Shown here one piece after another: positions 1-11,901 of a DNA stretch of 64,000 nucleotides (positions are counted from its first letter, which is position 1; every line of letters begins with the position of its first letter). This stretch comes from Mantamonas sphyraenae STR306 (Eukaryota; Protista; CRuMs). The stretch spans positions 124,001-188,000 of the forward strand of contig JAPMXV010000061.1 of assembly GCA_026936335.1 (NCBI GenBank), written 5' to 3'. The notes beneath the pieces were generated by a model. It was not told the origin of the DNA and ran no database searches. It worked only from the letters and a program-made list of their open reading frames with translations. Made by a program: the position numbers and the translations under genes.

Positions 1-1036
1 GCGTAAAAGGTAGCCTTGATCAGGTTGCCCATGGTCTTGGTGCGACCGGAGGTCTGGGTGTACACGTCACCCACACCAGCCATGCTCAGCAGCTTCTTGG
101 GCACAAGGGCGGCCACCAGACCGGTACCCTTGGGTGCAGGCACCAGACGCACAGTCACGGAACCGCACTTGCCGCTCACCTTGGTGGGCACAGTGTGCGG
201 GGCACCGATGTTGTTGCCCCAGTAGCCCAGACGCACAGGGATCACAGACAGCTTGGCCAGAGTGATGGCACCACGGATGGCCGTAGCCACCTCCTTGGCG
301 CACTTGACACCCAGACCCACATGGCCCGAGTAGTCACCCACAGCCACAAACGCCTTGAAGCGAGTGCGCTGACCGGCACGCGTCTGCTTCTGCACAGGCA
401 TGATCTTCATGACCTGTTGGACACGGGAGTCGAGAGGAGGGTGGGTGGGTGGGGAGTGGGATGTGTGAGTGGGAGGCACACGGGTGGGTGGGGGAAAGGA
501 CAGTCAAACAGACACCCGCAGCGCTCAGCTGCATTTTCCCACACACAGCGCACACACAAAAACGCACCTCGTCCTTCAGCGTGGGCAGGAAAAAGTCGAT
601 GATGGGAGCTTCCTTGATCGGCAGAGAGAAGAGGTAGATCTCCTCAATGCTCTTGATCTTGCCACTGTGTGTGTGTGTGTGTGGCGGGTGGGGGGTGTGA
701 GATTGTGGGTCGGTGGAAAAGCGCATGCGATGCAATCCCTCTCTCGCACACGGTCACACAGGACACAGGACAACCGCGACCCATGCCACACTCTCAAACG
801 TACGCCTGCACCAGACGGCCCAGCTTGGTAGCGGGCACCCAGGCCTCCTTGTCGTCGCCACGACGGCCACGGCCGCGGCCACCGCCACGTCCACCGCCAC
901 GGCCACCACCACGGCCTCCGCCACGGCCACCGCCACGGCCTCCACCACGGCCACCACGCTCACCGCGCTCGCCGCCACGGCCGCCGAAGCCACCGCCGAA
1001 TCCGGATCCAGAGTTGTTCGATGCACCCTCGCTCAT
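1..1036 (-). CDS. RPS2: 40S ribosomal protein S2 (uS5), copy 1; 3' end lies beyond the window start
   Basis: RGG-rich N-terminus, [45 protein letters not shown]. Exons 1036-804, 664-568 and 413-<1 with GT-AG introns. Confidence 0.97.
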
Positions 1037-1152
1037 GTTGAAGAAAAGTCAGGTATTTGCGTGGGAGGAGCAGCGCAGCGCATGCTCCCTCTGTGTGGTC
1101 ATCATGGACACATGTGTTCCCCCCAGAATGGAACCACATCTTCCATCCACAC
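1..1152. repeat. Left arm of a ~1.15 kb inverted duplication (partner ~10293-11444)
   Basis: Reverse complement matches RPS2 copy 2, including both introns and ~120 bp upstream of the ATG. Confidence 0.95.
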
Positions 1153-1220
1153 GTCTGGGAACAATGGTGTTCATTGTTGGCTTCACATCTCACCCCGTGG
1201 ACACCAACTGCGAATCACCC

Positions 1221-1928
1221 TCACAACTTTGCCCCCCTGGGGAACGGCCCATCATACTCCTCGCCAATCAAGGCAGCGACGGTTTCCATGCGATCATGGC
1301 CAAACACTGTGGCGACCTGGGGCGTGTCCTCGTCCTTCTCTTCGCCGGGCATGACGTCTGGGGTGTGGATGACAATGAACGGAGCCCCAAAGGCACCCAG
1401 ATCGATGGCCACCTGAGTCATCTCTTTCAACGCCTCCTTCACGTGTGTTTCCGTGCTCAGGCCCAGCAGCTCGTCAGCACTGTTCTTTGAAAGGCCTGCA
1501 CTGAGCATAGCGGCTGCCAGGGACTCCTCCGTGGTGATGTCCTCGTCGCGCGACCAGATGCGTGTCCACAACTCACGTGCCAGAGGCTCCACGTCCATGG
1601 GACGAGTGAGGCGCGTGGCTGTGAGCAGGCGTTCGGCCTTGAGGGTGCCCTGCATCACAGAGGCAAAATCTTCGGGCTGCTTCAGCGGCACGTCGTACAG
1701 CATGGCCAGGCGTTCAACATCCCGACTCATGTAAACCCCTTTGGCCGGGTTGTATGCCGGAGGCCGGTTGTTGGACGCCTTCATGATGCCGCCGAGAAAG
1801 ATGGGCTGCAGCTCAAGCGAAATCGCCCACTGCGATCGGTAGCGGCACAGGGTTTCAAAGGCCAGCCAGCTGTATGGTGACACAACGTCAAAGAAGAGTT
1901 GGATGACGGTTGGTGATTTCTGGCTCAT
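1221..1928 (-). CDS. GSTK1: Glutathione S-transferase kappa (DSBA-like), with PTS1-like C-terminus -AKL
   Basis: FFDVVSPYSWLAFE, LGGIMKASNNRPP, GAFGAPF and FGHDRME motifs; single exon, 235 aa. Confidence 0.95.
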   Translation of the reverse strand: MSQKSPTVIQLFFDVVSPYSWLAFETLCRYRSQWAISLELQPIFLGGIMKASNNRPPAYNPAKGVYMSRDVERLAMLYDVPLKQPEDFASVMQGTLKAERLLTATRLTRPMDVEPLARELWTRIWSRDEDITTEESLAAAMLSAGLSKNSADELLGLSTETHVKEALKEMTQVAIDLGAFGAPFIVIHTPDVMPGEEKDEDTPQVATVFGHDRMETVAALIGEEYDGPFPRGAKL

Positions 1929-2005
1929 GATGGGGAAGGAGTTGGCACGGGTGGCGCTGTCGTAGGCAACTCATTGGCAACACAAGACCCACCTGCTGCC
2001 CCACC

Positions 2006-3777
2006 ATGCCCACACATCACGCATGCGTGTGTGTCCCTTGGCGTAGGCCATTTGACGGTGGCAGAGCACCTGTGTTCTTTGTGTTGGCGGCTGCGGTGGT
2101 GCTGCTTGCGTGCGTTGCGAGTGTCGACGCGCGTGCCACCCCGTACTGCCGTCGTGGCTGCGATTACAGACCCATCTTGTGTCCACTCGGTAGGTTGTGG
2201 GGCAGATTGGATAGGGTTCTGTCTTGCCACCATGTGTGATCCTTGACCAAGGCGTGGGTGCCGATGACGTGGCCTGCTCACACTGCTCTATTCGCTCACC
2301 CTGGCATGCACACGACGCGGCTGACTCACGGATACACCGTTAGGCCCTTGTGCCATGTACAGCAACCCTGGACAGCGATTTCGAGAGACCCTGCGCGCAG
2401 GCGTGGTCGGTCAGGATAATGGGTTGGACGCGTACGTTTTCCGCTCTCCAGCCCACACCTGCGACCATGTGCGACTGACACAGGACCACACACACACACA
2501 CACACTGCACGGCATGGTTGATCCATGCGTGGCCGCGTTTGCATGCCTTGACACCTGCAACGCAGGATTGAGAATGCCTGAACAGCCACTACGCAGGCAT
2601 TCTGGATGCCCGTCGCGCACATTCGTCTGGGGAGGGCACGGGACCGCTGGTGCTGCATATTTCGGGTCCCTCGGGTGTGGGAAAGACATTCTGTGCCAAG
2701 CTGATGGCCAAGGCGCTGTACAGGCACGAGGACGACGAAGGTGTCGCCACAGAGTACTGCGGCGAGGTGTACATCGATCTGCGCAACTACCAGTTTCCAC
2801 CATTCAATCCCAACGGCGACTTTGCTGCCTACCAGGCCACCATTGGGTAAGTGGGCGGTCGCATTGGGGCACCCTTGGGGGTGTACCTCGCGACATCACC
2901 GGAGACTCACCACGTACACCCCCCCCACACACACATTCACAGCCGATACCAGAACACACTGAAGGACGTGATTGCAGATCAGTTGAGCGTGTGTCCGCGC
3001 TCGCTGTTCATTCTGGACGAGGTGCAGCTTGCGCCGGTGCAGATGATGCAGATGTTCCCGTCCATGCTCGACAGCGGCTCGTCGACCCTGGAGCACGGCG
3101 GGAAGCGTGTGTCCACACGTCAGGCCATCTTTGTGTTTATCTCAGATCTGGGTGCGGATGCAGTGTCGGACAGTGACTCTCCCGACGTGGTTCGCTCTCG
3201 CATCCTCCAGGCCGCCAAGCGACATGCAGACGTGGTGCTGCGCAACCAGCAGGGCAAACGTGTGGGCAACATGATGGAGGCTGCCGTGCTTGTGCCCTTC
3301 TTGCCGCTGTCAGAGACGTCGATGCAGGAGTTGATTGCCATGTGGTTCGATCGCAAGATGGCCGCACAGGCTGGCCGCGTACGCCAGCTGGCTCGCCCTG
3401 GGTGGCGTGGTGTGGTCCAGGTTGCCAATGTACAGGAGCGCAAGCGTATCCTGGACCATTTGTGGACCATCTGCAAGGATCAGTCGCAGGGGTCGCGTGC
3501 GCGCGGCGTGCAGACGTTGATCGAGACAGAGGTGATGGCACAGGTGATGAAGTATGTCATGCAGCACACATTGGAAGGCACCACGTCGTTGCAGCTGGCC
3601 ATGCGCGAGGGCAAGCTGCACATCGACACCTTTCAGCACACTCCCAAGCAGCCCAAGAACGCTCCTTCCGACCTCTTCAACATGGTCGTCTCCAACGTCC
3701 GCACAGGCGCAGGTGCCATGTACACACGCGTCAAAGAGAACCTGGCTGGGGACGACAAAGCCAAGAATGAACTCTGA
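2006..3777 (+). CDS. Torsin-like ER-lumenal AAA+ ATPase (signal peptide, C-terminal KNEL)
   Basis: Introns 2190-2343, 2432-2565 and 2847-2942. VVGQ, PLVLHISGPSGVGKT (Walker A), CPRSLFILDEVQ (Walker B), AIFVFISD and VPFLPL. One missing C at ~2577 is needed to keep frame. Confidence 0.8.
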
Positions 3778-4171
3778 AAATTGGCGGAAACCTCGTGTGC
3801 GCGACCACAGCCAGCGCAATGTCATCATTCCTCGCCTGCCTGCGCCTGCTCTCTTGGGAGCCTTGTCCATCGGAATTGGCATTGGTGGCACCGTTGTCCT
3901 GGACAAAAAGAGGCACGACGAGGAGATGCAGTGGAAGGATGAAGTCGAGTTCAGCCTCAGTGCCCCCGTGCAGAACTCTGAGTTGGACAGGCGTGCACGA
4001 GTGACCTCCATTGGTCTGTACAATCGGGTCAAGTGGGACTTTGACTTTGTGCAGCGCATGGACGAGGGCGACGAGCTCACCAATGCCGACAGGGTTGAGG
4101 AGGCCCTGGCGGCCTCATTGTCAACTGCAGACGCATCCGACGCATCCCAACCACTCACCGAAGAAGCATAA
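3767..4171 (+). CDS. Small single-TM protein with RLPAPAL motif (start uncertain: 3767, or 3819 with an indel)
   Basis: Open frame with a hydrophobic segment LLGALSIGIGIGGTVVL; shares RLPAPAL with the next gene. Confidence 0.5.
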   Translation: MNSENWRKPRVRDHSQRNVIIPRLPAPALLGALSIGIGIGGTVVLDKKRHDEEMQWKDEVEFSLSAPVQNSELDRRARVTSIGLYNRVKWDFDFVQRMDEGDELTNADRVEEALAASLSTADASDASQPLTEEA

Positions 4172-4270
4172 TACCCGTCTTGGTGGCTGATGGCAGCAAC
4201 CCGGATGTTTGGGGCCATGCGGCTGCGCGCGGTTGATGAGCCAACCAAACTGCTCGCTGAAACCCACACC

Positions 4271-4579
4271 ATGTCCATCCGCTTGCCTGCACCTGCCCTG
4301 ATCACAGCGGCGGCTGTGGGAGTCATGAGCGGACTGTATATTTTCGGACCCCCGCTTCAGGAGTACCAGCGGTCGCAGGGAGAGATGCCTGTGGACGAGG
4401 CGCAGCTTTTGGAGGCTGCCATGGCCGAGCCGCTCAGTGGATCCGACCAATCGGCCTTCCAAGATGCCATGGCCACCATTATGGGTGTTGCGCCGTACGA
4501 CACTGCCCTTGCAGACATTGCAGAGTGCGAAGCCGAGCCCGTGGAAAAAGCGCCCACCTCCAACTCCACAGCCACATGA
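4271..4579 (+). CDS. Small single-TM protein, PIGBOS1-like N-terminus
   Basis: MSIRLPAPALITAAAVGVMSGLYIFGPPLQEY resembles the PIGBOS1 G-x-x-[SG]-G-x-YIFxP motif as recalled; upstream in-frame ATGs from 4190 are also possible. Confidence 0.55.
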   Translation: MSIRLPAPALITAAAVGVMSGLYIFGPPLQEYQRSQGEMPVDEAQLLEAAMAEPLSGSDQSAFQDAMATIMGVAPYDTALADIAECEAEPVEKAPTSNSTAT

Positions 4580-4658
4580 ACAGCCGCATGTCGACCTCAG
4601 ACTTCATTCCCATTGCACACCACTCCCATTCGTTCTTGCTGCCTCCTTTGTCCACACT

Positions 4659-5141
4659 TTAGCCGCGTTCCACCGCCTCAATGGCGTCGTCAACGACACC
4701 GCTGAGCACAAGCTGCTTCAGGTTCAGATACGCCTGTTTGTTCAGCATGAGCCCCTTGCGTGTGGGCTTCATTTCGCCCGAATCTTTGTCGCTGTACCAT
4801 TCGCGGATGTTGACGTAGGTGTTGCCGCTCCACTTGGTCACTGCAAGACGCTTCTTTGCGTTGCCCAGCTCCCAGAACAACGAGCCATCGCTTGCACGCA
4901 CCGCAGTGCGTTTGTTGCCTGTGTGTTGGTTCATGTCACCCTCCACATCCTCCAGTTTGCGCTTCATGGGCTCGCTTGCCACCGGAGCGGCGAGAGTGTG
5001 TTGTTGTTCGGTGGACGTCGTTTGCTGCTGCTCGGACACGCCGCTGGCGGTCTCTGCACTCGTCTGTGGGGTCTCTCTGGACGTGGGCACTTCCACGTTT
5101 CCCTGTGAAATGTTTCCGTGTGAGAGAAACCGTGCCAACAT
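4659..5141 (-). CDS. SUB1: Transcriptional coactivator PC4/Sub1
   Basis: ELGNAKKRLAVTKWSGNTYVNIREWY...MKPTRKGLML is the PC4 ssDNA-binding domain. Confidence 0.9.
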   Translation of the reverse strand: MLARFLSHGNISQGNVEVPTSRETPQTSAETASGVSEQQQTTSTEQQHTLAAPVASEPMKRKLEDVEGDMNQHTGNKRTAVRASDGSLFWELGNAKKRLAVTKWSGNTYVNIREWYSDKDSGEMKPTRKGLMLNKQAYLNLKQLVLSGVVDDAIEAVERG

Positions 5142-5365
5142 CGTCCACTGTTGTGGTTGCGGGCGAAACGTGGGTTTTGGCGCGAGTGATCACAGTTCTC
5201 AGGAACCCGGCAAGTGGTCAGAGTTCCCCTTTGCGGCACACACTCACCATCAACTGCTGCAGTACACCTGGTTGCGAGAGAAGTGCGCGCAGGGACGCCA
5301 TCGTGTCGTCGTTGTTCGTGGACATCGAGAAATGGATGGTTTTTGTTTGGCCGCTGGACGCCCGG

Positions 5366-7773
5366 TCAATAATCGGGCGCCAACTGCCTGAACTTCTTTG
5401 TCACCTTCTTGTGCTTGGCCTTTGCGGTCTCGAGACTCACCTGCTCGACGCTGTACAGATTGTTGGCTTGTTTCTTGGGCAGGACACGCTTGTACGCGGC
5501 AAGCATGTTCTCTTGCCACGCCGCATTCTCCTGCACCAGCTCTGCCTCCTCCTTTTCCGTGCCGTACGCCAGCCATCGCATAAACTCCATGGCATAGATC
5601 AAATCGCCCAGCAGAACGTCGTCCCGTTCCAGCGTCACCGATGCGTCCAGCGGCGTCAGCGGCTTGGCCTTGCGCTCTTCCTCGTTCTCCTCCTCGTTCT
5701 CCTCTTCCTCCTCGCCCACCCCTTCGTCTTCGTCCACATCCACCCCATCTACATCTCCATGGACACCAGAAACACCTCCTGTGTCGTTCTCCGTGTCTGC
5801 TGCTGCGCCCTCGCCCTCGCCCTCGTTCTCCCCTTGCTCCGGCGATGCATGCACCTCCTCGTTCTCATCATCTTCTTCTTCCACCTCGACAATCTCAGGT
5901 TCCTCGTCCTGCGCAGCCTCGTCCTCCGCGTCCGCTGCGCCGTCGGTATCCGCGATGGGCTCCTGTTCCTCCTCATCCTTGTCCTCCTCGTCCTCGTCCC
6001 TCTCCTCTTGGATATGCTCATCTACCTCTTCGTCGCGTCCCTTTCCCTGTTCCTCCGGTATTGTGCCGCGGTCTTCTGACCCTCCGGTCTCCTGCAAATC
6101 TCGTAGCCTCCTGTGCTCTGCTCCACCATGGGCCAGGGTGACACCTGCATGCACAGCTTCTTGTGTGGCACGCATCTTCATGTACGCGCTGACGGGATCC
6201 TCATCTTCCTCCTCGTCAGCCTCTGACTCTTTGCTGTCCACACCCTCTTCTTCTTCTTCCTCCCTCGCAGACTGTGCAAACGTCACCGGCTCATCCTCGT
6301 CACTCGATTCATCCAAGTGAGCGCGTGTGTCCTCGTCGTCCACAGTCTGTATCTGGGGCGTGGGTTTGCTCACGGTGCTCAATTCCTCCTTGGTCTTGTG
6401 TGTGGTGTTCAACACCTGGCGCACCGATGACATGAAATGCGTCTCCATCACGTCTTGAATCTGCTTGACAGTAATGGCAGGTGCCTCTGTGCGCAGAGTG
6501 CTGGTGGCACTGGCCATGCTATCGCACAACAGCAACTGTTCGCGCAGACACAACACCACGGACAGCGTGATGGGCACAATCATGCGATCGATGCCACACA
6601 GCATAAACTGATCCCACACGTACAACAGTGTGGTTGCGTCCAGGACGCCGACAAACAGAGAGGAAACTGCAGGCCACACCATCATCGACAGCCGCAATTC
6701 GGGCGATCCTCCCGACGAAGACTTGGACGACGACACACTCTCATTGGCCAACACCATCAGATGGTAGTGCAGGGTGTCGTCCACCTTGTGCAACGCCGCT
6801 ACCAGGGCATTGGTAAAGCGTGCGTTGCTCTGGTGTTGTTCCTCGCCCGTGGCAAGCGGGTACACACGCACACGCTGCATCACACTCAAGCTCACAAGGT
6901 ATGCCGCCAATTGGGCTTCTTTACGCCCACTGTCGCCCATGACTGCCAGAAGCGGCAGGCAAAGACGGTACACGGGAAACGAATCGGTGTCCAGCCTGTC
7001 TTGCAGCCCCACCATGTCGCTGGTGTCCGGGTGTGCCAGCCAGAACTGAACCATGGTCTTCATGGTGGCCACCAGGGCGCCATCGATGTTCTCTGGGTCG
7101 ATCAGGCCCTCGCTGGCCGTACTGTTGAGCACGTTTTGGCAAGCTTGTGTCACCTCCATGTCGTGTGCATAGCCACCCCACGCCTTGGTGCTTGCAAACA
7201 TCCACTGTGTATACTCCTTGTCCACTGCGGGGCTGTCCAGCCGTCTGTGCCAAGCCTGGACGCGCAGCTGCCCACGCAGCGGCTGATTCGCCAACCCCAC
7301 CAGCTTCCGCTGCTGATCTGGCCACTTGTGCAGCAGTTCGGCAATCCCCGACGCCGCACTGTTCATCACCTCCTCTCTCTGTGCGTGTTTGTACGCCATA
7401 TGGATGTGTCAGCGTGGTCATTCTACGTGTGTGTGCCACAGGTTTGCGTTTGCTCCAAAGCGGCAAAACGGTTGGCTCACCTTGCTTCCCTGGCTGCGCA
7501 GTTTGTCGTCCAGCACCTTGCTTGTGTGTTGCACCAGCTGCGCATGAAGTGCCGTGCCTTGCAATTGCCGCTCCACACTGTCCACAAACACCACCTTCTC
7601 TTCCTCTGCCAGCTGCGAAAAGTACTGAACACCTGCACGTCGCACCTCGGCCTGCAGACACGCATGCACCACCCGACTCAGTTCCTCAAACTGTTCCGTC
7701 GATGCCACCTGTTGCCGTGCCTCCTCCAACCACGACGTCGGCGCAGCATGCTGCTTGTGTCCGCAAAGGACAT
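5366..7773 (-). CDS. Divergent Rab-GAP/TBC-like domain protein with a long acidic region
   Basis: LRGQLRVQAW, LHKVDDTLHYHL and LFVGVL..TLLYVWDQFM motifs; intron 7480-7379. The N-terminus from ATG 7773 needs two apparent +1 indels (~7730, ~7740). Confidence 0.65.
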
Positions 7774-7825
7774 GTTTTCGATGGAAAAAGTTCTTTTCTT
7801 CCTGCCTGCGCAGCGCACTGCACAC

Positions 7826-10229
7826 TCACATTTCTCCATCGCTGCCTCGTCGCTGCCTGTACCGTTTGGAAGCTGCGGCCGTGCTGTGTCGCTTGTTGCT
7901 GTTTTTGTTCTTGTTGTTTCCGTGCAGCCGTCGCGACAGGGCAGCCGACACCAACTCGGTGTCGCTCTCGCCTCGCCAGCGCAGACTCGCCTCCGCCGGA
8001 ATCTGTGCCATCGACAGTGGGTTCTTGTTGTGTGGCGTGTGCACTGTCGTCTGCTCCAGCATCTCCTTTTCGTCGTCGTCCATCTCCTCTTGGTTTTCCG
8101 GCGTGTCCAGGATGGCATCCATGTTGCCTCCGTACTCCTTGATGCTTGCGTCGGACGTGTCTCCAGCCGACCACCCACTGCCCATTGCGTCCATCTCAAT
8201 CATTCCAGCCTCGCCCGCTTCCCTGCTGCTTGTTCCGCCCAGCATCTGAGCCGCCGCCGCACGTCGTGGCGGCGACACTGTGTCACTGCTGTGCGATGCC
8301 GTCGACTTGGACGACGACAGCGACGATGCCTTCGCCGCAGCCTCCTCCTCTTCCGTCTCCACCGCCATCATGGCTGGTTTGCCTGTGCCAGCGCCCAAGT
8401 CCACGGGCGGGGGTGACGGCGACGAGGACGACGACGTGCTGCCGGCCCCCCTGCCGGTGCCCGTCGTCGTCCTCATGGCCGATGTTGGATGGTTGGTGTG
8501 GTGATTGCCGCTCGTGCGTCGTCCTGCGGTGCCTTTGGCAGCCACAGCAGCCGCCGCCGCCGTGGATTTGTTGTACCGCTGCCGTGCAATCTTCTTCATG
8601 CGCGCCATGATTTCGTGGTAGTCGTGGAGCACAAAGTCAAAGTCGTCCTTGTGGAGCACAAACATTTCGCAAAACTCCATGGCCCGAACGGTGGCTGTGC
8701 GGCGCGTGGAAAACAGCAGCGCCACCTCCCCAAAGTACCCTCCCGAGTCCAGCACGGCAAACTGCTTGCCGCCATACTCCTTGGACAGCACCTCCACCTT
8801 GCCTTTGGTAATAAAGTACATCTCGCGGCCAATCTCCCGCTTGCGGATGATGATGTCTCCAGGCGAGAAGATGCGTGGACGCAGCAGCTCCAGGATGGCG
8901 TTGATGAACGAACTGTCGCAGCCCTGGAACAGAGGGATGGTCTCGATGATGTCTCTGTTCAGAAAACGCGAGATGTCAATGCGGATGCTGCGCGGCAGCT
9001 CCATCATAAACTTGTTTTCGTCCAGGCCGTGGTGCCTTGCCCACACGTATTCGTAGTAGTTGGAAACACGCTGCTGGATGTTCAGTGGGATCTTGTGGTA
9101 ATTCATGTACCGTTCCACCGTGTTCATCTTGATGCGAAACGCAGCGTAGTTGGCGTCCATGTTGGCAATCAACGTGCTGATGTTGCCCAGGATGATGCCG
9201 TACACAAACATGCCCATCAGCTCCACCATGCACGTCAACAGCATTTCCGTCGGGTTCTGCTTCGACGGCACAATGTCGCCGTAGCCCACCGATGTCAGCG
9301 TGGTGATGGCCCAGTAGAACGAGCGCGTAAACTGCCGAAAGGGCGGCTCCAGATCCAAACTGGGTGCTCCCACCACGCCGTTGGCCTGGTCGGTGGCAAA
9401 GAGCCATGTGTCCACGGAGAAGCCATGGAACTCGGCCTGAAGCCACCAGATGCAGCCCAGCCAGTGGGCGAGGAGGAGCACGGAAAAGATGAGTTTGGCA
9501 ACGCCGAGGTAGCCGCCTTTGCGGTCGCCGGAAGACTCCATTTCGCTGAGGTAGTTGTACAGGCGAAACGCACGGAGGGCCTTGAGGGCACGGAAGGCGG
9601 CTGTGTGTTGGGTGTCCTCTGCAAAGCCCTGAAAGAGCTCAAACGGAAAGGCGACGACGGCGTCGAAAGCAAACCAAGTGTGGAAGTACTTCTCGCGGAT
9701 GCGCACTTCGCTGGTCACCAGGGCTCCATCGTGATAGAAGGGCGTCTTGAAATTGAGGTAGATGTCGAGGAAGAAAAATGCGTCGATAATGAGGTCGAAC
9801 CAATAGGTGCGCCAGTACTCGTCGACGCTGATGCGCTCAAAGGCGATTCGGTACGGGATGGTCAAACAATGGTACAGGATGCAAACGAGGAGAAACTGTG
9901 TGAACCAGGTGCGTTGGACACTGTTTGGGATTGTACAACACGGGCAGGTTGGCCACCTCTTCTTGTTCGCTGGTGGTCCACAGGTCTGCTTGCGAGCCCA
10001 TGCGGTTGGGGCTGTTGGAGGCGTGAAGATTGCGCGTACTCAACGACCGTTGCAGCTGGTTCAGCAGCCCACTCAGACGGCCATCACTTGTCTTGCGAGG
10101 CGCATCAAGCCGTGCTTTGGATTCGCCCATGTTGCCCAACGAGGACCGTGAGCCACGAGCCGTCCGTGGGGTGCCACGCGCCGTCCGAGGAGTTCCACGG
10201 GCCGTGCGCGGGGTTTTTGAGGTTTGCAT
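7826..10229 (-). CDS. 6TM K+-type channel with cyclic-nucleotide-binding domain (KCNH/HCN/CNGK-like)
   Basis: Pore TLTSVGYGDIVP, C-linker, CNBD GGYFGEVALLFSTRRTATVRA. The N-terminal frame joins through one extra A at 9924-9926 (LYNP-NSVQRTWF). Confidence 0.9.
10153..10214 (-). repeat. 3 x 21-bp coding tandem repeat (TPRTARG)
   Basis: KTPRTARGTPRTARGTPRTARG in the channel N-terminus. Confidence 0.8.
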
Positions 10230-10292
10230 TGCCTCCCTGTGCGGCGAAGAGCATTTGCCATGGAGGTCACGGGGTGAGGATGGAAGGAGGAG

Positions 10293-11444
10293 GTGTGGAT
10301 GGAAGATGTGGTTCCATTTTCTGGGGTGGAACACATGTGTCCATGATGACCACACAGGGGAGCATGCGTTGCGCTGCTCCTCCCACGCAAATACCTGACT
10401 TTTCTTTTTAGAACATGAGCGAGGGTGCATCGAACAACTCTGGATCCGGATTCGGCGGTGGCTTCGGCGGCCGTGGCGGCGAGCGCGGTGAGCGTGGTGG
10501 CCGTGGTGGAGGCCGTGGCGGTGGCCGTGGCGGAGGCCGTGGTGGTGGCCGTGGCGGTGGACGTGGCGGTGGCCGCGGCCGTGGCCGTCGTGGCGACGAC
10601 AAGGAGGCCTGGGTGCCCGCTACCAAGCTGGGCCGTCTGGTGCAGGCGTACGTTTGAGAGTGTGGCATGGGTCGCGGTTGTCCTGTGTGCTGTGTGACCG
10701 TGTGCGAGAGAGGGATTGCATCGCATGCGCTTTTCCACCGACCCACAATCTCACACCCCCCACCCGCAACACACACACACACAGTGGCAAGATCAAGAGC
10801 ATTGAGGAGATCTACCTCTTCTCTCTGCCGATCAAGGAAGCTCCCATCATCGACTTTTTCCTGCCCACGCTGAAGGACGAGGTGCGTTTTTGTGTGTGGG
10901 AAAATGCAGCTGAGCGCTGCGGGTGTTTGTGTTTGACTCTCCTTTCCCCCCCCCCACCCACCCGTGTGCCTCCCACTCACACATCCCACTCCCCATCCAC
11001 CCACCCTCCTCTTGACTCCCGTGTCCAACAGGTCATGAAGATCATGCCTGTGCAGAAGCAGACGCGTGCCGGTCAGCGCACTCGCTTCAAGGCGTTTGTG
11101 GCTGTGGGTGACTACTCGGGCCATGTGGGTCTGGGTGTCAAGTGCGCCAAGGAGGTGGCTACGGCCATCCGTGGTGCCATCACTCTGGCCAAGCTGTCTG
11201 TGATCCCTGTGCGTCTGGGCTACTGGGGCAACAACATCGGTGCCCCGCACACTGTGCCCACCAAGGTGAGCGGCAAGTGCGGTTCCGTGACTGTGCGTCT
11301 GGTGCCTGCACCCAAGGGTACCGGTCTGGTGGCCGCCCTTGTGCCCAAGAAGCTGCTGAGCATGGCTGGTGTGGGTGACGTGTACACCCAGACGTCCGGT
11401 CGCACCAAGACCATGGGCAACCTGATCAAGGCTACCTTTTACGC
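10293..11444. repeat. Right arm of the inverted RPS2 duplication
   Basis: Near-identical to the reverse complement of 1-1152. Confidence 0.95.
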
Positions 11445-11589
11445 CATTGCCAACACGTACGCCTACCTGAGCCCCGAGCTGTGGGAGCAGAACGAGCTGC
11501 GCAAGACCCCGTACCAGGAGTTTACCGACTTCCTGGCCAAGCCCACCAAGGGCCCCGCGCGCCGCACCAAGTACTCTGGCGACCAGTAA
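10415..11589 (+). CDS. RPS2: 40S ribosomal protein S2 (uS5), copy 2, 295 aa
   Basis: Exons 10415-10647, 10785-10881 and 11032-11589 splice in frame; full uS5 motifs. Confidence 0.98.
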
Positions 11590-11901
11590 ATGGATGGTTG
11601 TTTGATGAAAACACACACTGATGATTGCACTGTTGGGTTCGCCTTTTCTTGTGGGGTTGTTTGTGGAGGAGTGTGTGTGGTCTCCCATCGTTCATCTTCA
11701 TTGTCATTCCCTCGCTCCACCCTGCCTGCTCCTTCCACGGGACTCTCCTTTGACTCTGCGTGTGGCTCGTCCGGTTGTTGGGCAGGGATGTTGTGCACAA
11801 AGTTGCTGAGCAACTTCTGCGCTTTCCTCGGCAACTTTTCCCAACACCCAAGACACAACCCACACGTCGCACGCGCGGTACCAAGCAGCCGAGCCACAAC
11901 C

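Noticed and set aside
850-1000. GGCCGTGGY tandem repeats, also (GCACAG)n at 53649-53690 and (GAC/GAT)n at 27138-27188
   Set aside because: These are coding low-complexity tracts (RGG, AQ, poly-Ser), not CRISPR arrays or mobile elements.
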